A stretch of 64,000 bases of DNA from an uncultured Acidobacteriota bacterium (lineage in GTDB: Bacteria > Acidobacteriota > Thermoanaerobaculia > UBA5066 > DATFVB01), in assembly GCA_963813155.1 (NCBI GenBank), contig CAWEYG010000003.1:448001-512000 (forward strand), given 5' to 3'. A program made the position numbers and the translations under genes. The notes beneath the pieces were generated by a model, which made no database searches, was not told the DNA's origin, and worked only from the letters and a program-made list of their open reading frames with translations. Shown here in pieces: positions 52,413 to 60,806 of the stretch (its first letter is position 1; every line of letters starts with the position of its first letter).

Positions 52413-53135
52413 ATGGCGGTCGCTCTCGCGCTCCTGACGTTCTTCTCGACGATGGCCGGAGGCATCGTCGGCCGCCGCGCCGGCAAGCAACTCAACGTCT
52501 TTCTCGGCCTCGCGGCGGGAATGTTGCTCGGAGCCGCCCTTTTCGACCTGCTGCCGGAGGGCCTGCAACTCGCGCAGGCGATGGGCCGTCCCCCGGTCTT
52601 CGTCACGGGGTTCGCGGCGGCGGGCTTCCTGGCGTTTCACCTCCTCGAGAAATTTCTCGCCATCCATTCGCACCCCGAGCCCCACTATGGAGAGCCCGGC
52701 CACTCGCACGTGGGAGACCTCGGGGCGCTGGCCGTCACGATTCACTCATTCTTCGACGGCGCTGCGATCGGCGTGGGATTCCAGGTCTCCAACGCGGCCG
52801 GTTTCGCCGTCGCCGGAGCCGTCATCGCGCACGATTTCTCGGACGGCCTCAACACGGCCATGCTTCTCAAGGACTCGACGGACTCCCGGGCCCGCGCCTG
52901 GCTCGTCGCGGACGCCGCCGCCCCCTGTGTGGGAGCGCTGGCAACCCTCCTCTGGCGTTTTCCGCCCGCGCTCCTCGTCCCGGCCCTCGGGATCTTCGGG
53001 GGGTTCTTCCTCTATCTCGGCGCGGCTCACCTGCTTCCGGAAGCGCACCGAAGGAAGACGGGCATTCCGGTTCTCCTCGCGACGATCGGTGGATTCTCGA
53101 TCCTGTTCGTCGTCTCGGCCCTGGTCTCCCCGTAG
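52413..53135 (+). CDS. ZIP family metal transporter
   Basis: AAGMLLGAALFDLLPE, His-rich loop, HSFFDG, AHDFSDG, LLPEAH. Confidence 0.9.
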   Translation: MAVALALLTFFSTMAGGIVGRRAGKQLNVFLGLAAGMLLGAALFDLLPEGLQLAQAMGRPPVFVTGFAAAGFLAFHLLEKFLAIHSHPEPHYGEPGHSHVGDLGALAVTIHSFFDGAAIGVGFQVSNAAGFAVAGAVIAHDFSDGLNTAMLLKDSTDSRARAWLVADAAAPCVGALATLLWRFPPALLVPALGIFGGFFLYLGAAHLLPEAHRRKTGIPVLLATIGGFSILFVVSALVSP

Positions 53136-53299
53136 TGAGTCCGCTCGGGCGAACATGAAGATTTCCCGAAACGCCTCCGCCTCCCCGATTCTGCTAAAAT
53201 TCCGCCCATTGAGCCCCGAGGTTCCCTGAAGTTTCCCGGCTGGAATGGGCCACGAAGGAAATTTCAGAGATCCCCGGAGCCGGAAACGAGGAGGTCTTT

Positions 53300-54466
53300 A
53301 TGGAATCCCGGCCCCGGCACCCCGTCTGCCTTCGGTTCGCGCTTTTTCTCGCTCCCCTTCTTCTGGCTGCCGGCGCGTCCGCCATGCGGGCGAACTTCGA
53401 CTCTTTTTCCCCGCACCGCGCAGCCGCGTCGCTCTCCGGGATCGTCGTTCAAAACGGAGCGCCCGTCGGCGGCGCGATCGTGACCGAAGCGGTCACCGGC
53501 CAGAGCGTCGAGACGGACTCCCGCGGCCGATTCGTTCTGTCCGGCCTTCCGTCCGGTCCCTCGACGCTTTCGGTCGCGACCGGCGAGGCGACATTCGTCG
53601 TTCGATTTCAGAGCTCGCACGGCGGCCGGTCGCGCGGGGTCATCTCCATCGGGGGAATGGGAGTGCCGGGAGGCTCGGCGGCCGTCCTGCTTCCGATTAT
53701 GGCCGGAGGACATGAAGGAGCCGAGATCGAGGGCATCGTCACGGCGAACGACGGCACGACCCTGACCGTCACCGACGAAAGCCTCGGGGCCGTCACGGTC
53801 ACGACGGACGCGAACACGGTCATCCGTCACGGCAACACGATCCTCACCCTGGCCGACGTCACGGTCGGAATGACCGTTCACGCGAAGGCCGCGTTGCAGG
53901 CGGACGGCGTGACTTATCTCGCCGGGGAAATCCTGGTTCAGGACGAGAACAACGGGGACGGCTCGGAAGGGTCCGGCGACAACGAGACCGAGCTCTCCGG
54001 AACGGTCAAGGCCCTCGACTGCGGCGCCGGCACGATGGTCCTTTCGACCGACGGCGGCGACGTGAACGTCACGTTCGACGCGAATACCGCCTTCAAGTCG
54101 AAGGGAAAGGTCGTCACCTGCGGCGACCTGGCGGTCGGCGACGATGCCGAAGTCGATGGCACGCTCCAGGCCGACAGCTCCGTTCTCGCGGCAAAGGTCA
54201 GCTTCGAGGCGCCCGAGACCGAAGGGGTCGAGGTCGAGGGGACCGTCGCGTCGGTCGCCGCTCCGGATTTCGTCGTCACGACCGACTCGGGCGACGTGAC
54301 CGTTCACACGGACGGTTCGACTCAATTCTTTCTCAACGGGCACACTGCGGCGAGCTTTTCCGACGTCGTCGCTGGCGTCAAGGTGAGCGCCGAAGGGGCC
54401 CTGCTCGGCGACGGCAGCGTTCAAGCCTCGAAGGTCCAGATCAACGCCCACGGCGGCGGCCACTAA
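53300..54466 (+). CDS. Exported protein with carboxypeptidase-regulatory-like domain and three DUF5666 (OB-like) repeats
   Basis: Repeats of EIEG.V...V.TD..T....L.VG..V...G.LQ.DG...A..I. Confidence 0.78.
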   Translation: MESRPRHPVCLRFALFLAPLLLAAGASAMRANFDSFSPHRAAASLSGIVVQNGAPVGGAIVTEAVTGQSVETDSRGRFVLSGLPSGPSTLSVATGEATFVVRFQSSHGGRSRGVISIGGMGVPGGSAAVLLPIMAGGHEGAEIEGIVTANDGTTLTVTDESLGAVTVTTDANTVIRHGNTILTLADVTVGMTVHAKAALQADGVTYLAGEILVQDENNGDGSEGSGDNETELSGTVKALDCGAGTMVLSTDGGDVNVTFDANTAFKSKGKVVTCGDLAVGDDAEVDGTLQADSSVLAAKVSFEAPETEGVEVEGTVASVAAPDFVVTTDSGDVTVHTDGSTQFFLNGHTAASFSDVVAGVKVSAEGALLGDGSVQASKVQINAHGGGH

Positions 54467-54492
54467 CTCGTCCCTCCTCTCGCGCAAGGCAT

Positions 54493-54521
54493 GCCCGGCC
54501 CCGACAGGGGCCGGGCTTTTT
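54493..54521 (+). terminator. Intrinsic terminator
   Basis: GCCCGGCCCC-GACA-GGGGCCGGGC-TTTTT. Confidence 0.85.
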
Positions 54522-54546
54522 CGATCCTCCTCAACGACCGCTCCGT

Positions 54547-54909
54547 TCAAGTCTTGCCGACCTCACGCGCCCTCAGGAACGCGAGGAACCTCAACAGCTC
54601 CGCCTCCTCTTCCGAAGTCAGGTCCTCAATACGCAGGAGCAGGCCGCCACCACGTCTTGGCACCTCGTGGCCGCCGGATGCCGCGATAACGTAACCGGCC
54701 TTCTCCATCAGCTCCGCGTAGGAAATGGCATAGACCTCGGACAAGCTCCACAGAACGTTGGGCGAAGGCCTGCGGATTCGATCGTGTTCCAGCTGGCTCA
54801 GGTACGAGTTCGAAACTCCCTGCCCGGTCGCCCTCTCGACCCCGCGAAGGGTGAGGCGCCTGACTTTCCTGACGTGGAACAGATAACTGCCAAGGGTCTG
54901 CTCCTTCAT
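54547..54909 (-). CDS. XRE-family HTH transcriptional regulator
   Basis: LTLRGVERAT..VSNSYLSQLE...RPSPNVL...LMEKAGY. Confidence 0.82.
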   Translation of the reverse strand: MKEQTLGSYLFHVRKVRRLTLRGVERATGQGVSNSYLSQLEHDRIRRPSPNVLWSLSEVYAISYAELMEKAGYVIAASGGHEVPRRGGGLLLRIEDLTSEEEAELLRFLAFLRAREVGKT

Positions 54910-54962
54910 TCGCGACTTTCTTGACGAGAACACTCCCGGAGGGTTCGGACCTCCCGGCTGTC

Positions 54963-57400
54963 TCAGAACGTGTACTTCACCCTTGCCGCGAGCGTGCGCG
55001 GGGGAATGACGTGCGTTCCTCCGAACGTCGAGAGCACGTTGTAAACGCCCTTCTTGTCGAACGCGTTTAAGAGATCGGCCTGAAGACTCAACGGTACGCC
55101 GATACCTTGCGAGATCCGCGCCGAGGGAGAAATTCCAGATCGTCCGGGGCTTGATCCGGTTCGGATCGAGGTTCGTGTTCGACGTGAAATTGATGTACGG
55201 ATATGCAAACGCGTTGTCCGGGTCCTGGAGGATCGTCTGATCGGCGCCCGTCACGAGGCCGGAGTCATACCGAACCACTATCCCCGCCCACACGCCGGAT
55301 TTCCCGAAGTCGTAGTTGAGGCCGCTCTGGATCTGGAGATTCTCATCATGATCGATGATGAAGGGTCCGCTGTTAATCGCGTCGAGAGCGCTCGGATCGA
55401 GGAACAAGGCCCGCCGGCCAGAGGCGGAATGTAGATGGCCCGAGTGTGTCCCACCGATGCGTAGCCGCGGAAACCGTCGACCGGTGCGAGATCCAGCCGA
55501 ACGTTCCAGCCGTGGAGCTTGCCGTGTTCGAACGCCAGCGGAAAGACAATCCCCGTGTTCTGAAACTGATCCTGATCCCCGGCGAAGTCCGACGTCTCGC
55601 CGCCAGAAATCGATATCCAACCGAAGGGAAGAGCCTACCTGTTGCTGAAGGCCGACGTCGTAGGCGTTCTGGCGCTCGGAAGGAACGAACAAGAGACCGT
55701 CCCCGAGAGCGCGCGACTGCTGAACGTCGGGTGGGGCAAGCGCGGCGGCCTCCGCCGAGGACGAAAAGAGAATGTTTTCGTACTCCGGTGTTTCGAAAAT
55801 CCTGTTGTACGAGGCACGAAGAACTGTTTTCGTCGATGGAATGTAATAGGACGATCCCCACCCGCGGCTGAAGCTGCGACTCCGTCAGTGGAAAACTGTT
55901 GTGGTCGTAGCGCAGGCCGACCTGAGCCGTGAAGTTCGAGAGGCGAATCGTGTCCTCGACAAATCCCGCGAGGTACGTGATCGTCTTCGACTCGTCGAAC
56001 TGGAAGAACGTTCCGCCGCGCGTCAGGTCGTACGGGGCGAGGTTCGGGTTGTAGGTGTCGGAGCCTGGGTCGTTGAGCGCCGGATCGGTGAGCCCGAAGG
56101 AAAACCGCTCCTGAATCGGGTAGCTCTTGAAGACCGCGCCGAACTTGAGCTCGTTCACGGCTCCGGCCTGGATCGAGAGCGTGGGCTGGACTCCGTAGTT
56201 GTCCAGGGACCGCTTCGAGTTCGTGATGACCGATGGATCGTTCGGGGAGCCGCGGTAAGTGAATCGATTGTTTCGGGCGAAGAGAGTGGTGTCGAGCACG
56301 GCGCTCGAGCCGAAGACATGCTGCCACCCCGCGTTCGCGTTCCAGTCGTTCGTTTCGACCGTGTTGTCGGTATTCGTGGCTTCCTCTGTGAACGTGTTGG
56401 TCACGTCCCGGTTGGTTCTGCCGATCAGGCCCGAGAGCCGGAAGCTGTCGCTGCCCTGGGGCGTCGTGCCGTCGAGACGGAGAAAAGCTCGTTCCGTGTC
56501 GCCGTGGTTGTGAAAGTTGTCGAAGTTGACGGGATCGAGGAAGCGGTCGGACTTCGATGCGTCCACAGATCCGAAATAGCCGAACGTCGAAGTGCCTCCT
56601 CCGACCGACGCGCCCGCATCGTATGTCTTGAACTGTGCTCCCCCCGCATGAACATCGCCGTGCGGCCCGCCAGTCCCGAGGCCGGATTTGGTCGTCAGGT
56701 TGATGACAGCCGCGATCTTCTCGCCGTATTCCGCCGGAACGTTCCCGTAGATGACCTCGGCGGACTGCAGGATTCCGGGATCGATCGAGTTCGAGAACGT
56801 CGTCCCGATCTGGTCCGAGATCGGCTGCCCGTCCACGACGTAGCTCTGCTGGCTGTGCGCGCCCTGAAAGTGATAGCGGCCGTTCTCGTCCTGAGAGAAA
56901 CCGGGAGCCTGAATGATCAGGGATTCCATCCCCCGGGACGGAGAGGCAGCCGGAGCGCGCTGAATCGACGATTTGTCGATGTCGACGTGCGACTGAGAGG
57001 AATCCGTCTCGAGGACGGCCGCCGGCTTTTCCGCCTCGACCTTGACGCTCGCCGAGACCGATTCGAGCTTCAGCGCTACCGGCTGCTCCACCGGGGACGT
57101 GCTCCGAACGTCGATCGCAAGGTGCTGGGTCGCGAAGCCCTGAACCTCGACGTGCAGCTCGTAGGGATTGAAAGGCACGTTGAAGAAAGAGTATCGGCCG
57201 TTGGCATCCGTCACGGCTTGCGCCTTGAACCCGGTGATGTCGTTGCGAAGGATGAGCGGTACGCCGGGCATCGGCTGCCCGTCGGGACCCGTGACGACAC
57301 CCCGCAGCGTGCCCGCAGAAATGGCTGCGTGAAGAGGAATCGCGAATGACCCGAGAGCGACCGTCAGCGTGAAAACGGTGACTAAAATACGAGTGTTCAA
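54963..57400 (-). CDS. TonB-dependent receptor; several frameshifts between 55100 and 55860
   Basis: GGAGGAG RBS plus TTG, signal peptide, CarboxypepD-reg domain, plug GNVPAEYGEK..VINLTTKSG, NAFDK, terminal KYTF. Confidence 0.85.
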
Positions 57401-57491
57401 GAGAACTCCTCCATTAATCCGAAATGGGACGATGCGCTCTCGCGGCGTAAAGTGCCGCGAGGCGATCCCGCGTTCGTGGATTTCGCTTCGG

Positions 57492-57875
57492 TTAGAGGAG
57501 GGTGGGAGGACCGCGAGGGAATGACTCGAGACGGAGACCCTCGACGGGAGGCTGATCGCTCGTCTGAAGGACAGCGTTCGTGGTGGCAAGCACGGGACGC
57601 AGGGGTGCGTGAAGCTGAAGGCCGACGAGGTGCTGACGCAGGCACGCGAGGCACGGCTCGACCTCGACAATCCGATCCTTGTGCCAGTGTGAAGCGGTTG
57701 GCTGGGCGCAGTCGACCTCATGGACCTGCTGGGGCGAGGCCGAGTCGTCCCCATTGAACCCTTCGAGAACGTTCGACGCGTGATGATGAATGGAGGTCCC
57801 GAGTGCCAGCTGCGCTGCCAGCAGGAGCAGCGCCGCGGCGGTCTCCAAAAGACGTGAAAACAGTCTCCGTCTCAT
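57492..57875 (-). CDS. DUF2946/CruR-like leader protein (signal/TM, HHH, CxxC, C-terminal RGPP)
   Basis: LLLLAAQLALGTSIHHH...PCLACL...FPRGPPTLL; directly upstream of a TonB receptor. Confidence 0.78.
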   Translation of the reverse strand: MRRRLFSRLLETAAALLLLAAQLALGTSIHHHASNVLEGFNGDDSASPQQVHEVDCAQPTASHWHKDRIVEVEPCLACLRQHLVGLQLHAPLRPVLATTNAVLQTSDQPPVEGLRLESFPRGPPTLL

Positions 57876-57945
57876 CGGCGTTCACTATATCCCCTCGAGA
57901 CATTCCCCGCCTACGGACTGCGAATTTTGCTATGCTAGCGTGCTC
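57876..57945. promoter_or_regulatory. Back-to-back promoters, probably giving leaderless or near-leaderless mRNAs
   Basis: Minus strand TATAGT (57889-57884) 8 nt before ATG 57875; plus strand TGnTATGCT (57928-57936) 9 nt before ATG 57946; no SD for either ORF. Confidence 0.5.
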
Positions 57946-58272
57946 ATGAACGCATCCGCTCGAACCGGGAAAGCCTTTGCGCTCCTTGCCGCAACCCTTT
58001 TCCTGCTCGTCGTGGCTTCGTTCCATTCGGCCGCGGACAACGATCTCGGCCGTATCAATCCGGGGCATCGAGTAGCGCTCTTTTCGAGCGCCTCCCCGGC
58101 CGACACCTGCGCGGCCTGCACGCTCGACGGAATCTTGAGTGCGCGGCTCTCGCTGACCGTTCCCGTCGTCCCGCCGCAGGCAGTCGAGATCGTCACCCCG
58201 TCCATTCCCTCCGCACCCTTCGTTTCTCCCCGGGCTTCCGTCGAGAGCCGCCCCCCTCCGTCGATCGCCTGA
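57946..58272 (+). CDS. DUF2946/CutF-like leader protein (signal/TM, CxxC, C-terminal RPPP)
   Basis: FALLAATLFLLVVASFH...DTCAACTL...Pro-rich...ESRPPPSIA; directly upstream of tolC-like gene. Confidence 0.72.
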   Translation: MNASARTGKAFALLAATLFLLVVASFHSAADNDLGRINPGHRVALFSSASPADTCAACTLDGILSARLSLTVPVVPPQAVEIVTPSIPSAPFVSPRASVESRPPPSIA

Positions 58273-58321
58273 CGATTTTCCCCCGCGTCCTATTCGTTCT
58301 CGGATCGAGAGGAGGTTGGTT

Positions 58322-59604
58322 TTGCGATCGGGTTACATCCCGAGATTTTCATGGATTTTTCTGGCGATCTCGTCGGCTACCAGCATCGCCGCCGCACAGG
58401 AGGCGGTCCGCCTCACCCGTGCGCAGGCGCTCGCCGAGGCGCTCGCGAAAAATCCGCAGCTCGGGGCGATCCGGGCGCAGGTGGACGAAGCCCGGGCGGG
58501 AATCGCGCAGACGACGGCGTTTCCCGACCCGTCGTTCGCCTTCACCTCCGAACAGCAGAAAAGCCTCGGGAACCTGCGGTCGGCCCAGTCCCGCGACGTG
58601 GGCGCCAGTTTCACGATTCCCTTCCCCGATAAGTTCCGCCTGAATCGCCGGATCTCCGAGGCGGCCCTGCGGGCGGCGGAGTTCTCACTGACGCAGACCC
58701 AGCAGCAGATCGCGTCGGATACCGAAGCCGCCTTCGACGCGGTCCTGGTCGCCGAAGCCCAGCTCGAAAACGACACGGCATCGGAACATCTTTCGGAGGA
58801 CATCGTCCGGAAGACGCAGGCTCGTTACGACGCCGGCACCGTGGCCCGTCTCGATGTGCTCCAGGCCCGGGTCAACTTCTCCCAGGCGAGGAATCAGACG
58901 ATCGCCGATGACCGCGCGCTCATGACGGCCCGAGCATCCTTCGCCCGCGCGCTCGGCCTCCCGTCGGGAACCATTGTCGAGCCCGCCGAGAAGCTCGACG
59001 TGCCGCCGGCTCCGCCGGACCTCGGCGCGCTGGTCAAGATCGCGGAGGATCATCGTCCGGAACTGGCTTCCGCTGTTGCCCTGCGCGAAGGCGCCCGCTT
59101 CGCGGTCACGCTCGCAAAGGAGTTCTGGTTTCCGGACCTGAACATTTCGCTGTTCCGAAACTTCACGGCCGGGGCTCCGGCGGCGTATTCGACGGCCGGG
59201 AGCTTCGCCGTTCCGCTTTTCTTCTGGCAACACGAAAAGGGAGACGTTGCCGCCGCCGAAGCGAAACAGGTGGAGCTCGCGGCCGACGAAAGCGTCACCC
59301 GGGCGCAGGTGGATCTCGAAGTCCGCACCGCCTACGCGTCCGCCGACACCGCGCGCCGTCAGGCCCTCTGGATCCGCGACGAACTTACTCCCCCAGGCGC
59401 GCGAAGAGTACGAGGTGGCGTCGAAGAGCTACGCGCTCGGCGGATCCTCGGCCCTCGATCTCATCAACGCCAAGACGGCCCTGCTCGGCGGCCCAGACCC
59501 AGTACGTCCAGGCCCTCGGAGCGGTCAACGACGCGCAGGCGCAGCTCGAGCTGGCGGTCGGCGCCCCTTTGCCTCCCGCCTTCAACCGAAGGAGCTCCTC
59601 ATGA
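58322..59604 (+). CDS. TolC/CzcC family outer-membrane factor; frameshifts near 59390 and 59490
   Basis: LTRAQALAEALAKNP, RYDAGTVARLDVLQA, SYALGGSSALDLINA. Confidence 0.88.
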
Positions 59605-60758
59605 ACCCTGACCCGCTCCGAATTGCGCGCGCCGTCTTGATCGCGACGAGTGCTCTCCTCCTCTGTTCGGCGTGCTCGTCCAAGCGCCAGGACGGTGGCT
59701 CTCCCGCGACTTCCAGCGACGCGCCTTCGGGCCTCCGCCTTTCCGCGGACCAACGTCAGAAGGTCACGGTCGCGGAAGTCCGGGCCACGACCTTCCGCCG
59801 CACTCTCGAGACGACCGGAACCGTGACCTTCGACCAAAACGCCTCCACTCAGGTGATCGCGGGAATATCGGGCCCGGTTTCCCGCATCCTCGTTCCCCTG
59901 GGGGAGAACGTCGCGGCCGGACAGCCGCTGGCGGAGGTGACTTCGCCCGATTTCGCGTCCTCTCTCTCGGGCTACCGAAAGGCGGTCGCGACCGCCGGGA
60001 ACCTCCGGCGAATCGCCGATCTCGACCAGAAACTCTTCGACGCCGGAGGAATCCCGCGCCGTGACCTTCAACAGGCGGAGACCGATGCGCTGACCGCGGA
60101 GGCGGACCGAGACTCAGCGCTTGCCCAACTCCACTCGATCGGGATTCCCGACGCCGCGATTCACACGCTCCAGCAGGGAAAGGCCGTTACGGAAGTCAAG
60201 GCGGTCATCCGCGCTCCCATCGCAGGCACGGTCGTCGAAAAGCTCATCTCGCCCGGGCAACTTGTGGCCGCGGGAACGACGCCCTGCTTCACCGTTGCGA
60301 ATCTCTCGACGGTCTGGATCCTCGCCAACGTTTTCGAGAAGGACATTCCCTTTGTCGACCGAGGAGACCCGGCCGACATATCAACGGGCCTGGGAACCAC
60401 GCTTCCGGGCCGGGTCGACTACATTTCGGCCCTCGTGGATCCCTCGACTCGAGCGATCTCCGTCCGCATCGTCGCGCAGAATCCGCGAGGAGCTCTTCGG
60501 AAGGATCTGTACGTCAGCGTCGCAATTCACTCGAGCCGCGACATCCGCGGACTCCTCGTGCCGGCTTCGTCCATCCTTCGGAACGACGAAAACCTGCCGT
60601 TTGTTTTCGCCGAGCAGCCTGACGGTTCGTTCGGGCGCCGACGGGTCGAAATTGCGAACCGAATCGGCGATGCCTACCAGATTGCCTCGGGCCTGCGCGA
60701 GGGCGAACGAATCATCGTGGAGGGCGGACTGTTTCTCCAGTTTGCCGAGAGCCAGTGA
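59601..60758 (+). CDS. CzcB/CusB-like RND periplasmic adaptor (lipoprotein)
   Basis: LCSAC lipobox, IRAPIAGTV, VDPSTR, SGLREGERIIVEG. Confidence 0.9.
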   Translation: MNPDPLRIARAVLIATSALLLCSACSSKRQDGGSPATSSDAPSGLRLSADQRQKVTVAEVRATTFRRTLETTGTVTFDQNASTQVIAGISGPVSRILVPLGENVAAGQPLAEVTSPDFASSLSGYRKAVATAGNLRRIADLDQKLFDAGGIPRRDLQQAETDALTAEADRDSALAQLHSIGIPDAAIHTLQQGKAVTEVKAVIRAPIAGTVVEKLISPGQLVAAGTTPCFTVANLSTVWILANVFEKDIPFVDRGDPADISTGLGTTLPGRVDYISALVDPSTRAISVRIVAQNPRGALRKDLYVSVAIHSSRDIRGLLVPASSILRNDENLPFVFAEQPDGSFGRRRVEIANRIGDAYQIASGLREGERIIVEGGLFLQFAESQ

Positions 60759-60806
60759 GCGAATCCTCTCACCCGCCGCCCGGGGACCGAGCCCAGAAAG
60801 GGCTCG

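Noticed and set aside
54547-54909. Prophage or ICE repressor marking a mobile element
   Set aside because: No integrase, ImmA/IrrE protease or phage genes nearby
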